Shown: positions 12,769 to 27,231 of the stretch, piece by piece
How the letters are laid out: each line of letters begins with the position of its first letter
Numbering within the stretch: the first letter of the stretch is position 1
Assembly (NCBI GenBank): GCA_002633005.1
Contig: NMRA01000181.1
Coordinates: 196,959-260,958, forward strand
Source: Phoronis australis
Lineage: Eukaryota; Animalia; Phoronida
DNA: 64,000 nt
Direction of reading: 5' to 3'
Notes under the pieces: model-generated
Databases searched by the model: none
Seen by the model: the letters and a program-made list of their open reading frames with translations, nothing else
What the model was told of the DNA's origin: nothing
Position numbers and translations under genes: made by a program

Positions 12769-15700
12769 TAGTCTAGACGCATTTCCTGAAAAGAGTCCTG
12801 TATAAGATTCTAGAAGCATTTTTTTAGTAAAAGTTGGGAACAAGACTTTTTCACACAGTCAAGGTATGGAACTAACCCTGTTCCCAAGCCGAATTTTGCC
12901 TTTTTGACCATCTAATTTGCATAAACAAAATGGCGGCCAAATTGACAAGTTCAGCAGATCTATTTTTGTAATAGAAATCACCATATACGATTTAAAATGG
13001 GGAAATGTCTCACCTGTACACTTCTTATAAATACTTCTTGAGCAATACATCACTTATGAAAACTCAAAAATGCAACTCTGAAAACTAATTATGCAAATTA
13101 GGTGCCGCCATTACCATACAACGTAATTTGCGTCTTAAGTTTGTGTTCCTGCAGGCTAACTTGAAAAATGAGGTGTTAATACGTATATTTTCATGGTCAA
13201 CAAACATGCTAAAGACATTTTTGGAACAATTTACTTCATATTTATTGGGTTATAGATGTATACTTACAGAATGTGGAAAAATAGTCTTTAATCTGCAATG
13301 CTCGTCAAGCAAGGTGTCACTATTTTGACGGAATATAGGACAAATGTTCACACTATCCCGTTATCTTCCATTCAGAAAAATCAATATTGTTATTGAAGAC
13401 ATTAGATTCTAAGTTGCATGAATTGTTTTCAGGCCTGCTGAACACGGTTTAAGCATTCACTTTTTGGTATTTTTTAACATGCCTGAAGCCAGGCAAATCA
13501 AACTGCTTGCATACACGGAATCTGATCATGAATGCGCTGCTGGCAAGTGCATAGTGATATGCATTGACATCCATGTTTCTTGCATTTGCATTGTCTGCTG
13601 TTGCGTTGTTTCTGGCATGCACACAAAACCATCTCTAGGCAGCTGTCTGGGATAGAAGTGTGTCCCTCCCATATCAGAGGGTGCTGGTAGCTCAGGTATG
13701 GAACAATGATCATTTTGCCATACCTTGACCTGATAGTGCACTCTCATTAGATGGAAACTGAAGGCATTATACGTTGAGGGAAGGATTTCTGGGTTCACAG
13801 GCTTGGAGAATAGTAAATGGCGTGGTATATCTACAGGTCTGTTCTAGTCGTGTTGTATATTCTGCAGACAAATATTTCTGAAGCCATCGTAATTTGCTCA
13901 GTGAGTTCACCAATGCAGGGGTTCTTAAGCAATTTGTAATGCTATAGGAACACCTTCCATGATGATTGTTTCATATGATTGGCTAAGTACGAGTTGATGC
14001 AAAACCAGGTCACGGCATGAAAAGCAAACAAGGATGTTGCTGAGTCTCGTAGTAGTTTGTTGAAAAGTGCTTCAAGAGGTATATATCATCATTTCTTTGA
14101 TTTGCCTGACATCATACAGATATGCTCACTTTGCATTTGTTGGAAGTGCCATACCAGAAGCATCGGGTGTCCCTAGAAAACACGACTGACTGTGGACAGC
14201 ATGCAGTACCAATCTTGCATCTGCTTCTTCATGTGTGGATTTCAGAGTCCTCAAATCAGTCATTTACTTAGATGATTTTAAGTTACTTCCAGCTCATCTT
14301 TGAATCCTCTTGCAACCATAACCTCTTTATCTTCAGGTGTCTACAAACGCAGTTTCTCTGACAAGAAATGTGCTAGGTCTGCTTTATTCTTAGCCAGTGC
14401 CCGAAAATTTGACCAGTTTTGAGGAAAAGGTACACTACGGCCTTCCAAAAATCACCTGATTTGCTGTGTTCCGCTGTTTTCCTGTTGTGTCCTTCATAGT
14501 TTCTTGTCTGTATCTGTCAAATAAAATGTCAATTTTATGATATCTAAATCCTATGTTTAGCACTGTTTACATGAATGAATCAGCCAGGTTCTCGAAGGTC
14601 ACATCACCATCAGGCTTCCCAAGAGCTACCAGCAATGCTTCGCCATCAATAATGAGGCAAGCGGGCATGTCATGAAGTTGAATTGTTTCAGGACAGTCGA
14701 TGTATTAACTATTAATACTTCAACAAGTGAAAATTTATCTCCAGTGCGCAATGTACCACTCGTTTCTGTAAGAAAACATGGACGGGAAGAAGCTCGCGTT
14801 TGAGCTCAGACGGCAAATCAACTGGCCGACCCGCCTCATAAGCCGTAGCTAGGCAGCGAAGTACACCCCTATCTGTCTTAAGAACTACAGTGTATTTTCT
14901 TGTCTTGTCTTTGGTTTGTTTCACCACATCATATAAGTTGGCAAATGTTGGGGCATTATTTTTAGCATAGGCGCGTGAATTGACATTGCTCAGTGATAAT
15001 CGGTCTCGAACAAATTAAGAAATTTGTGCGAGACCGATTATCACTGATCAACGTCCAAGTTCCTTGGCATGCAAAAGTAACTCTTGGATTAGTGCTGTTG
15101 CTAGGTCTTTTGTTGCAAGGCTTTGTAGCAGCTAAGGCCTTACGGACGAGAAGACCTTCAATCCATGGAATGCGTAAAGAAGGGAACTCTCGACAGTTGC
15201 CTCGTGGCTTCGTTATGAAACTATGTACTCCCACAGCAGTAAGTTTGTTCAGCTATATGAGATTTCAGATTAAATAAGTGTCCACCTCCATAGAGCTGAC
15301 GAAGTTTTGGTGTTACCGATGATACCACCTCCTTTTTGCCTGCCCCATTTACCCACTGGTCAGAATCTACCTGACAGAGCATATGAGGAGATCACTTGAC
15401 TACAAAATTTCCTGCTTGAAACTCTGACCAAACAGACTGTGGAAGCTGATGCATCTCGGGTAAAAAGACTGCACCCCAGTTCCAAAATACCATCCTGTTT
15501 TGAGCATGTGTACTTTAACAATATTTGAACCATGTACATGTAACTCCACCAGAAGCCGAAATTCACATCATCAGAACTATTGTTGACAAAATGCTCAGGA
15601 GTTTCCTGAACTTATCCTTATTGAGAAATGTTATCAACTCTGGAATTTTCTGTGGATCATCATCTGCAGACATACTGGTAATGCAAGCATGACAGTCGCT

Positions 15701-16828
15701 TCTGCAATAAACACGAGAAGGCTTGGCACATGCAGGAGATGCCACAGAGCGTGCAAAGACAGTTTGTGTGTGCCTTCATACTGTAGCTTTGCTGTAAGAC
15801 TTTCCACTGAGGACCAGTTCCATAGGCCTATTCCAGAATCACTCATGTGATCTTTTATAGCCTTGATAAAGTTCACTGATACGTGAAGAACCACTAGACG
15901 AGGTACTGTATTAACATATTTTGGTATTCTAGGACCGACCACGTAAGCTCCATTAATCTGTAGCAGAGTGCTTGGTCGACTCTGAGGACGAAATGTTCCT
16001 TCCCTGTCCAAAATGGGACGATATGGCCATGCGTCTCTTTATAACAGTATCTAAAAGTCATGTGGTTATGTTTACAATACTTTTATGTGTTATCTAAATA
16101 ATGAGATGTTCGCAAAAAAGCATTGATAATTATGATTTCTAATTTAATTTTCAGACTTTATTAATGAGCACTTGTAATTTAGTGAAGATGAAATAAAGAG
16201 CTTCACATGTGTCATAATGATTTTTCTGGACCTTCAAAACATAGGTATAGAGTCCTTATTTGTCATGTTTGCCTGCAAATTGATAAAGTTACACCGAAAT
16301 TTGAATTTTTCGGTAATGGCGGAAGCTAATTAGCATAATTGGGGAATTTAATGACGTTCATTATGTTGGTGTTAAGCTTCGTATTAGCCGCCAGGCGTCT
16401 CTGATGTTTCACCTCTCCCCACTGGCTGGAGGACCGTTCCAGAGCGTCCATGTTGGTGGACTGTTCACGTTTATTGTGCTGGCGAATATAATCACTTGTT
16501 AGGGACTTTTGCGTTGTCTTTGAGCGAACTAACACATTAATATGCTCTTAAATTTAAGTGATCTGAACACACTTATACCATGTTTTTGTAGCAAAAATTT
16601 CCTAATTTTACGTCACATGTTGTACTCCTGGTCCCACGAATGTTTTTTATCTTGTTGGTTTTGCGGCCATTTTGTTTATGCAAATTAGATGGTCAAAAAC
16701 TCAAAATCTAGCTTGGGAACAGGCACAATCGAAATCAGCACAACAGAAGTATGCTAAAAAGATAGGTTCTCCTCTTTTACTAAAAAATGCCTCTAACACG
16801 CACATTTTCCAGAAATGCATCTAGACTA
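12769..16828 (-). mobile_element. Academ (AcademX-type) DNA transposon, degenerate and internally deleted
   Basis: Termini TAGTCTAGACGCATTTCCTGAAAA / TTTTCCAGAAATGCATCTAGACTA with 3-bp TSD CTA (12766-12768, 16829-16831). Perfect 34-bp subterminal IR 12901-12934 / 16666-16699. Minus-strand remnants: LKTDRGVLRCLATAYEAGRPVDL..RELLPV, THEEADARLVLHA (XPG/PIN-like, about 14160-14245), LPSTYNAFSFHLMRVHYQVKVW, and a Cys-rich CAC..RQCKCKKHGCQCISLCTC tail. Confidence 0.85.
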
Positions 16829-17859
16829 CTATGCAATAGAGAACAGGGGTTGACCAGTAACCAAACAACTGCGGCCCAAATGTCAACTCGGAGTTTCGGG
16901 CTGACGTGGACAACCGGTTTACTAGAAAAGAACACCCCCGCTGGCAATTAAAGACCTGGTCGCACGCGTTGTTATAACCCTTATTACATGGTTAGAGGAT
17001 GTTATAAGGATCTAAGAAGTACCTGACCCATAACTAATACACAATTCGTACTCGAAAAAAGTTTAAATGAACGCGTTACTCACGATTCGCACCCGAAGAA
17101 CCACCACCATTTTGAACTTGCCGCGAACCGGGAAGTACAATTCCAATATGCCGTCAATCGTTGGTGTGAGCATGCCAATTTTAAGAGTAACGAGCCAAGT
17201 GTAGGCCGGGGAAAATGACCCCTGACTAAATCAGACACTGAGATTTTGGCTGCTCCGCTCCAGCCGACTGACTTTCTTTGGTAAGCTGTTTAAATTTCTT
17301 GAGACATTTTCCGGCGGGAGATAAGGAACTCAAGAAGTAAACCTTAATAATAGGCAAATGTATCAAGGATAAAATTCTATTGAACAGTTACAGAACACTC
17401 AGCATTCCACGTTATACTCCTGTAATTGTAGCGAGAGCTGACGATAACATAGTTGCTAGGGTAGTCGATGTGAATATATGGAGCGCTGAATCAGCGCGAC
17501 TTTTCGCGGTTTTGCATTTCACATCATGACTGCCAAGAGTTGCGCCATAGCAACTCGAGTACCAATCTCAGATTTGAGTACACGTTTGGAGCCTACTCGA
17601 AATGTGACATTAAATACGCTTTTTCAAGTAGGCCTACGACTCCAGTGAGAACGATTTTGTGTACGAAATCTCGAGTATGAGTATGAGTCTGACGTAGATT
17701 GCAGACCGGTCCCTGAAATCCCAGCAAAGACGCTCTACGGTCTCTGGTAAGAGTCGACGGAACTGGGGTGCGGCAACGTTGACTTTATTCATTTCCAAAA
17801 CATTTGTATAATAAAATACAGTTGCATGCTTCCTGCACTAGTTATTCGTTTGACATTAA

Positions 17860-18797
17860 AGGCGAAGGCAACCTTTTTCCATGTCATTTAGAGCTAAAAT
17901 AAGGTTGGTTGGTTATCCTAGACATATTTTCCACTTAATTACAGCTTTTCGTAATTTTATAAATTACTCGTCCGCTACTCCGGAAGTGACGTTTTAGGAG
18001 GCAAGCGTTTCCCGCCACTTGGTTTTGCGTTGACTTTACCGTGCGAATCTGTTCTANNNNNNNNNNNNNNNNNNNNNNNNNNNNNNNNNNNNNNNNNNNN
18101 NNNNNNNNNNNNNNNNNNNNNNNNNNNNNNNNNNNNNNNNNNNNNNNNNNNNNNNNNNNNNNNNNNNNNNNNNNNNNNNNNNNNNNNNNNNNNNNNNNNN
18201 NNNNNNNNNNNNNNNNNNNNNNNNNNNNNNNNNNNNNNNNNNNNNNNNNNNNNNNNNNNNNNNNNNNNNNNNNNNNNNNNNNNNNNNNNNNNNNNNNNNN
18301 NNNNNNNNNNNNNNNNNNNNNNNNNNNNNNNNNNNNNNNNNNNNNNNNNNNNNNNNNNNNNNNNNNNNNNNNNNNNNNNNNNNNNNNNNNNNNNNNNNNN
18401 NNNNNNNNNNNNNNNNNNNNNNNNNNNNNNNNNNNNNNNNNNNNNNNNNNNNNNNNAGCGATGCAAAGGTACTCCCAAAGCGCGCGTGAGCCGATAATTA
18501 GTACATCCTGGTACGCAGCAACAGTGTGGCATGTTGACTGACTAGTAAATGAAAGCAAACGACGACGGAACTTAACACAACCGAGGTAGAACAATGACTG
18601 ACTCGGCAGCTCTCACAGTCAGACTATATGAAAAGAAATTGGCGCGAAATGCTTGCCTCCTAAAACGTCACTTCCGGAGTAGCGGACGAGTAATTAATAA
18701 AATTACGAAAAGCTGTAATTAAGTGGAAAATATGTCTAGGATAACCAACCAACCTTATTTTAGCTCAAAATGACATGGAAAAAGGTTGCCCTCGCCT
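17860..18797 (-). mobile_element. Second Kolobok-type copy (same family as 3342-4648) spanning an assembly gap
   Basis: TTAA 17856-17859 and 18798-18801, ends AGGCGAAGGCAACC / GGTTGCCCTCGCCT. Minus-strand THAP start MPHCCCVPGCTNYRLTRALGVPLHR at 18532. Confidence 0.8.
18057..18456. other. Assembly gap (400 N)
   Basis: Run of n characters. Confidence 0.99.
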
Positions 18798-19578
18798 TTA
18801 ATTTTTGGATAAGAATTCAAATAAAATAACTTTATTGACCGGTTCTGTGCTAAACATTCGTTACAACAACACCCGAGCAACACTGTACACAATCGGTTGT
18901 CAAGCGATAGAGGCATACATTTCCCATAATGCAACTGTAGCGGCAAATTCAAGATGGCGGATTTTCAAATTCGCTATTAAACGTATCACGATGCACGTAG
19001 CTTGGGCGGACAGCGAAAATCCTCTCAAAGGTGATTTTTGTATTAACGTTAGACTGGAGGTTACCAAATTTAGGATACTGGAGGTCAATTTCAACGATAA
19101 TTTACGAAATACGATATCAGAATATTTTCAAGCAGAAATTGAGGAAATGGGCGATTTAATGAAAAAAATATTGCCACAGAAGCTTTGGGCCACTGGTGAG
19201 AATAACAAATTAAAAAATTCTGAATTTTCCTAAAATTATTCGCTTATTTAATTGACTTCAATTCCCAGAGACCATTTACTAAGAGAAATTAATGAAATGC
19301 GCTTCAAACTTGATAATCATTGCAAAATAGAGTGGAAAGAAATAGTAGATGCAGAGCATTTTAAGATATTGGAGCTGGGCTTCTCAATGTTTTTATGTCT
19401 TTTGCTGCAATAAGGCTGCGAGTAACATATTTCTTTGTAAAGGTGAACGATATGGACGAGTGATCAGAAATGCTTTCTTTTGAAACATTTTCAAAGTGTC
19501 CCGTGAATCTTTGGACGTTTCTTTTCAATAGCTGTGAAATTAGTCGATTGGTGTTGACTGATATTCTTTTGTTCACAG

Positions 19579-19596
19579 CTACGACAGCGAAAGCGG
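19579..19596 (+). CDS. Exon 3: 18-nt microexon (ATTAKA), signal peptide cleavage region
   Basis: TTCTTTTGTTCACAG|CTACGACAGCGAAAGCGG|GTGAGA, phase 1-1. Gives an A-K-A motif immediately before the first TSP1 domain. Confidence 0.6.
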
Positions 19597-20228
19597 GTGA
19601 GAAGCTTTTAGTTTTTACTATCCCTTCTTTTCCATTTCTAAATATGAGTGGTTGCCACTATCTCCAGTTAAACGTATCACAATGCTCGATTTGTTCATGT
19701 CGACAATCTAGAATTCTTGGCATTTTTTTTTAGAAAATACTTTGATGTAATCTTCTACAAGTTTATGAGGTATATTTCAAACGGCACGTTCGATTTTATG
19801 GTCGAAAAACGCTTTTGGGCAATTCTTTTGTTTAGGACTGGTTTTTTGAAGTTAGAGCATAGCTGTAAAACATCAACGGCAGCTGTGTTTGTACAGCCTC
19901 TAACCGACAATGGTGCCGGTAGGCATTCTTTGTCACTCATTGACATACTCACGCATACATGTTTACGTATGCGCGTGAGAACACACGCACGCAAATACAC
20001 GCATAAGTGGGGATTGAGCTAACTACTGCTGGTGCAAGTGCTCGGCATGCTGCACAAGCCTGTTGTCCCCTGCTCTCACAACGTCTGTTAATGAAAATAT
20101 GCTGCAATCACTGTGAATGGTGGTAACCTTCCATTCTAATTCAGGTCTTTTAATCAACATAAGTTCGTGATCAATCTTGCATATACTCAACACGGGTTTC
20201 AATATGTCACAACAGTTTATAATTTTAG

Positions 20229-20399
20229 TTGATGGTGGTTGGAATGTTTGGAGTGCCTGGGCATCTTGTTCTGCAACATGCGGCAGTGGATCAAGGACGA
20301 GGACACGGACTTGTACCAATCCTACACCGTCAGGTGGCGGTAACAACTGTACAGGAGATGCTAATGAAAACGAGCAATGCAACACCCAGGCTTGCCCAG
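20229..20399 (+). CDS. TSP1 (thrombospondin type-1) exon, copy 1
   Basis: TTTTAG|171 bp|GTAGGT, phase 1-1: [57 protein letters not shown] (WxxWxxW, CSxTCG, RxRxC, six Cys). Confidence 0.93.
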
Positions 20400-21303
20400 G
20401 TAGGTTTTTTATTGCTGCGTGCAAGATATTCAAAACACAGTGAATTTCCGGCACAATGCATGTCACGGTACATATTCTCTGCGCTAAACATCAATCAATT
20501 CAGCAATTCTGACGCCTTTTACGAGTCTCTTGACGACTACTATTTTCCAGGTCTTGAAAAATCTCAAAATCTACTCACATTGAAACCAAATGTTGCACTT
20601 GGTAGAGCATATAGAAATTGAGCAATTGTTTTTTCAGAGTTATGTAGTTGTATCTAATTCAGAGATGTGAAAAATCCTGGAAAAATATCAGATCATGTGT
20701 TTTAGCTTTAATTGTACGGATCTCATTTTTGCAAAACATTCAAAAGTTTTTATTTTACTTGTTCAAAGTGATAGGTTATTAGAAAGATAATTCAAGTATC
20801 ATAGAATTACTTTTTTCTCTCACTTATTGCAGTTAAAAATACTATTTTTCAGAACACTTTGACTCTGATAATGAAGTCTGATTGGTTGCTGTTAATAAAT
20901 TGTCATGTTCATCCATCGTTTTGTGTAGTCAATATTGTTGCATTAGATTACAGTGTATGTGTACCTTGCTTGTAGGTCGCTGTGTAGTATATTCGTGTTC
21001 CACTCATTTGTATGTTCATTTTCACTTTCATTCCAAAGCAAGGCAAGACAGATATGATATATTTTACCTCGTGTGTGAAACACTTGATCATTTTGATTAA
21101 AGTATAAATTCTGTGTAGCACTCTGACATAGTATAATACCGAAAAACATTTCTGGATAGATATGTTGTTGATTGGTACATATAAGTAAAAATTTGTTAAG
21201 AAGACATTTTCCGACAAATGCCTCGCATCACAAGATTATTTCATGGGGGTAATTCGTTCCGTTTGGTGTGAGTATTTAAATATATATATATATATATACA
21301 TAC

Positions 21304-21334
<31 letters not shown>

Positions 21335-22159
21335 TGAACATGTGTCATAACAGTAGTTAAGCTACAGCTCAAGTAATTTTCGCTGGCAACGACCTCCAGA
21401 CAGACCGAAACAAAAGAAAATCCTTTTTGCCTTGGCCTTTTAATACACACTTTGCTCCGTTGATTACAATATGGGATTTTACAAAAAATGTGAGCTATTA
21501 ATTAATTTCATTGTAAAATCAATTAAATTGTGTTCTTTCTCAATGTAAACGATTCATATACAATGTCAACAATACAAGGTTCTGGAACGAGGATCGACAA
21601 TTGTAAATTTAAGTTTGTTGTTCTTCTCAAGGACCATCCCATATGTTTAAAAAGCCAGAGCATCGAAACTTTCCGTGATGGGTTTCCCAGCTTTTGTTAT
21701 TAGCTAATGCGTTACAGTACTGAATCAACTCACTATACCGAATTCTAAAAGTGAGAACGATTGTCACAAACGTTTTGAAAATGCATCGTCACCTCTGTCA
21801 ACACATACCGAGATAGTTTTCTCGCACAGTCTCTAACCTACAATGGTGCCGGTATGTATTCTTTGTCACTCATTGGCATACTCACGCATACATGGTTAGG
21901 TATGAGAACACACGCACGCAAATACACGCATACGTGGGGATTGAGCTAACTACTGCTGGTACAAGTGCTCGGCATGCTGCACAAGCCTGTTGTCGCCTGC
22001 GCTCACGACGTCCGTTAATGAAAATATGCTGCAATCAATGTGAATGGTGATAAACTTCCATTTTAATTCCGGTCTTTTAATAAACATAAGTTCGTGATCA
22101 ATCTTGCATATACTCAACACGGTTTTCAATATGTCACAACAAACAATATATAATTTCAG

Positions 22160-22330
22160 TTAATGGTGGTTGGAGTGTTTGGAGTACCTGGGTATCTTGT
22201 TCTGCAACATGCGGCAGTGGATCAAGGACGAGGACACGGACTTGTACCAATCCTACACCGTCAGGTGGCGGTAACAACTGTGCAGGAGATGCTAACGAAA
22301 ACGAACAATGCAACACCCAGGCTTGCCCAG
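22160..22330 (+). CDS. TSP1 exon, copy 2
   Basis: TTTCAG|171 bp|GTAGGT: [57 protein letters not shown]. Confidence 0.9.
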
Positions 22331-23199
22331 GTAGGTTTTTATATTCCCGCGTGCAATCCATTCAAAACGTAGTGAATTTCCGGCACGATGCATGTCACGG
22401 TATATATTCTCTGCGTTAAACATCAATCAGTTCAGCAATTCCGACGCCTTTTACGAATCTCTTGCAACTACTATTTTCCAGGTCTTGTAAAATCTTAAAA
22501 CCTACTCAGATTGAAACCAATTGTTGAACTTGGTAGAGCATATAGAAATTGGGCAATTGTTTTTTTCAGAGTTATGTAGCTGCATCCAATTCAGAGATGT
22601 GAAAAAATCCTAGAAAAATAAGAGATCATGTGTTTTAGCTTTAATTGTACGGATCTCATTTTTGCTTTCAAAAATTTATTTTGCCTGTGCAAAGTGATAG
22701 GTTCTTACAAATATAATTCAAATATCATAGAATTACTTTTTCTCTCACTTATTGAAGTGAAAAATACTCATTTTCAGAACACTTTGACTCTGATGATGAA
22801 GTCTTATTGGTTGCAGTTAATAAATTGTCATGTTCATCCATCGTTTTGTGTAGTCAATAATATTGCATTAGATTACAGTGTATGTGTACCTTGCTTGTAG
22901 GTCCCTGTGTAGTATATTCGTGTTCCACTCATTTGTATGTTCATTTTCACTTTCATTCCAAAGCAAGGCAAGACAGATATTATGATATATTTTACCTCGT
23001 GTATGAAACACTTGGTCATTTTGATCAAAATATAAATTATGTCTAGCACTCTTACATGGTGTAATACCTGCATACGACTTCTGGGTAGAAATGTTGTTGA
23101 TTGGTACATATAAGTAAAAATTTGTTGTTAAGAAGACATTTTTCGACAAATGCCTCTCATCACAAGATTATTACATGGGGGACATCGGTTCCGTTTGGC

Positions 23200-23235
<36 letters not shown>

Positions 23236-24055
23236 ATGTGTCATAACAGTAGTTTAGTTACATCTCAAATAATATTCGCTGGCAACGACCTCCAGACAGA
23301 CCGAAACAAAAGAAAATCCTTTTTGGCTTGGGCTTTAAATACACACTTTGCTCCGTTGATTACAATATAGGACTTTACAAAAAATGTGAGCTACTAATAA
23401 ATTTCATTGTAAAATCAATTAAATTGTGTTCTTTCTCAATGTAAACGATTCATATACAATGTCAACAAAACAAGGTTCTGGAACGAGGATCGACAATTGT
23501 AAATTTAAGTTTGCTGTTTTTCTCAAGGACCATCCCATATGTTTAAAAAGCCTGAGCATGTAAACTTTCCGTGTTGGGTTTCCCAGCTTCTGTTATTAGC
23601 TAATGCGTTACAGTACTGAATCAACTCACTATACCGAATTCTAAAAGTTAGAACGATTGTCACAAACGTTTTGAAAATGCATCGTCACCTCTGTCAACAC
23701 ATACCGAGATAGTGTTCTCGCACAGTTTCTAACCTACAATGGTGCCGGTATGTATTCTTTGTCACTCATTGGCATACTCACGCATACACGTTTACGTATG
23801 AGAACACACGAACGCAAATACACGCATACGTGGCGATTGAGTGAACTACTGCTGGTACAAGTGCTCGGCATGTTGCACAAGCCTGTTGTCGCCTGCGCTC
23901 ACGACGTCCGTTAATGAAAATATGCTGCAATCAATGTGAATGGTGATAAACTTACATTTTAATTCCGGTCATTCAATCAACATAAGTTCGTGATCAATCT
24001 TGCATATACTCAACACGGGTTTCAATATGTCACAACAAACAATATATAATTTCAG

Positions 24056-24226
24056 TTAATGGTGGTTGGAGTGTTTGGAGTACCTGGGCATCTTGTTCTG
24101 CAACATGCGGCAGTGGATCATGGACGAGGACACGGTCTTGTACCAATCCTACACCGTCAGGTGGCGGTAACAACTGTGCAGGAGATGCTAACGAAAACGA
24201 ACAATGCAACACCCAGGCTTGCCCAG
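24056..24226 (+). CDS. TSP1 exon, copy 3
   Basis: Same splice sites, open frame; variant SWTRTRSC. Confidence 0.9.
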
Positions 24227-25073
24227 GTAGGTTTTTATATTCCCGCGTGCAATCCATTCAAAACACAGTGAATTTCTGGCACGATGCATGTCACGGTACA
24301 TATTCTCTGCGTTAAACATCAATCAGTTCAGCAATTCTGACGCCTGTTACGAATCTCTTGCAACTACTATTTTCCAGGTCTTGTAAAATCTTAGAACCTA
24401 CTCACATTGAAACCAGTTGTTGAACGTGGTAGAGCATATAGAAATTGGGCAATTGTTTTTTCAGAGTTATGTAGCTGCATCCAATTCAGAGATGTGAAAA
24501 CATCCTAGAAAAATAACAGATCTTGTGTTTTAGCTTTAATTGTACGGATCTCATTTTTGCATTCAAAAGTTTTATTTTGCCTGTGCAAAGTGATAGGTTC
24601 TTACAAATATAATTCAAATATCATAGAGTTACTTTTTTCTCTCACTTATTGCAGTGAAAAATACTCATTTTCAGAACACTTTGACTCTGATAATGAAGTC
24701 TGATTGGTTGCAGTTAATAAATTGTCATGTTCATCCATCGTTTTGTGTTGTCAATAATATTGCATTAGATTACAGTGTATTTGTACCTTGCTTGTAGGTC
24801 CCTGTGTAGTATATTCGTGTTCCACTCATTTGTATGTTCATTTTCACTTTCATTCCAAAGCAAGGCAAGACAAATATTATGATATATTTTACCTCTTGGG
24901 TGAAACACTTGGCCATTTTGATCAAAATATAAATTATGTCTAGCACTCTTACATGGTGTAATACCTGCATACGACTTCTGGGTAGAATTGTTGTTGATTG
25001 GTACATATAAGTAAAAATTTGTTGTTAAGAAGACATTTTTCGACAAATGCCTCTCATCACAAGATTATTACAT

Positions 25074-25307
25074 CTAGACCGGCAGCCCAGAGCACTTAGC
25101 ATAGATGAACGAGGTACCAACATCTGACCACGGGAGCATTTAAAGTCCACCTCAGTATGTACAGAAATGGACGTCTGCCGTTGTCTGCACTCTGGGTGTG
25201 ACCCCTGGGGGCCTTACAAAGACCCCAAAAAATGAGCTAGACTAGATATTCGAGGTACCAACCAAAACTGATTTAAAACGAACAATAATACCGCACTGAA
25301 CACCGAA
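25074..25307. mobile_element. Unclassified insertion in array unit 3, ending at a single N
   Basis: Unit text breaks after ATTATTACAT into CTAGACCGGCAGCCCAGAGC... and resumes after n at 25308. Absent from other units. Confidence 0.55.
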
Positions 25308-26146
25308 NATATATATGAACATGTGTCATAACAGTAGTTTAGTTACATCTCAAATAATATTCGCTGGCAACGACCTCCAGACAGACCGAAACAAAAGAAA
25401 ATCCTTTTTGTCTTGGGCTTTAAATACACACTCTGCTCCGTTGATTACAATATAGGAATTTACAAAAAATGTGAGCTACTAATAAATTTCATTGTAAAAT
25501 CCATTAAATTGTGTTCTTTCTCAATGTAAACGATTCATATACAATATCAACAAAACAAGGTCCTGGAACGAGGATCGACAATTGTAAATTTAAGTTTGCT
25601 GTTTTTCTCAAGGACCATCCCATATGTTTAAAAAGCCAGAGCATCGAAACTTTCCGTGCTGGGTTTTCCAGCTTTTGTTATTAGCTAATGCGTCACAGTA
25701 CTGAATCAACTCACTATACCGAATTCTAAAACTTAGAACAACATGTATTGTCACAATCGTTTTGAAAATGCATCGTCACCTCTGTCAACAAATACCGAGA
25801 TAGTGTTCTCGCACAGTCTCTAACCTACAATGGTGCCGGTATGTATTCTTTGTCACTCATTGGCATACTCACGCATACACGTTTACGTATGAGAACACAC
25901 GCACGCAAATACACGCATACGTGGGGATTGAGCGAACTACTGCTGGTACAAGTGCTCGGCTTTTTGCACAAGCCTGTTGTCGCGTGCGCTCACGACGTCC
26001 GTTAATGAAAATATGCTGCAATCAATGTGAATGGTGATAAACTTCCATTTTAATTCCGGTCATTCAATCAACATAAGTTCGTGATCAATCTTGCATATAC
26101 TCAACACGGGTTTCAATATGTCAGAACAAACAATATATAATTTCAG

Positions 26147-26317
26147 TTAATGGTGGTTGGAGTGTTTGGAGTACCTGGGCATCTTGTTCTGCAACATGCG
26201 GCAGTGGATCAAGGACGAGGACACGGACTTGTACCAATCCTACACCGTCAGGTGGCGGTAACAGCTGTGCAGGAGATGCTAACGAAAACGACCAATGCAA
26301 CACCCAGGCTTGCCCAG
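26147..26317 (+). CDS. TSP1 exon, copy 4
   Basis: Same splice sites, open frame; variants GNSC and NDQC. Confidence 0.9.
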
Positions 26318-27194
26318 GTAGGTTTTTATATTCCCGCGTGCAATCCATTCAAAACACAGTGAATTTCCGGCACGATGCATGTCACGGTACATATTCTCTG
26401 CGTTAAACATCAATCAGTTCAGCAATTCTGACGCCTTTTATGAATCTCTTGCAACTACTATTTTCCAGGTCTTGTAAAGTCTTAAAACCTACTCACATTG
26501 AAACCAATTGTTGAACTTGGTAGAGCATATAGAAATTGGGCAATTGTTTTTTTTCAGAGCTATGTAGCTGCATCCAATTCAGAGATGTGAAAAATCCTAG
26601 AAAAATAACAGATCATGTGTATTAGCTTTAATTGTACGGATCTCATTTTTGCATTCAAAAGTTTTATTTTGCCAGTGCAAAGTGATAGGTTCTTACAAAT
26701 ATAATTCAAATATCATAGAATTACTTTTTTCTCTCACTTATTGCAGTGAAAAATACTCATTTTCAGAACACTTTGACTCTGATAATGAAGTCTGATTGGT
26801 TGCAGTTAATAAATTGTCATGTTCTTCCATCGTTTTGTGTAGTCAATAATGTTGCATTAGATTACAGTGTATGTGAACCTTGCTTGTAGGTCCCTGTGTA
26901 GTATATTCGTGTTCCACTCATTTGTATGTTCATTTTCACTTTCATTCCAAAGCAAGGCAAGACAGATATTATGATATATTTTACCTCGTGTGTGAAACAC
27001 TTGGCCATTTTGATCAAAATATAAATTATGTCTAGCCCTCTTACATGGTATAATACCTACAAACGACTTCTGGGTAGAAATGTTGTTGATTGGTACATAT
27101 AAGTAAAAATTTGTTGTTAAGAAGACATTTTTCGACAAATGCCTCTCATCGCAAGATTATTACATGGGGGGACATTGGTTCCGTTTGGCGTATT

Positions 27195-27225
<31 letters not shown>

Positions 27226-27231
<6 letters not shown>

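Noticed and set aside
17935-18594. Four long ORFs with X runs
   Set aside because: Artefacts of the 400-N gap.
18805-19233. 142-aa ORF
   Set aside because: No recognisable motif or splice context; reads like non-coding repeat-derived sequence.
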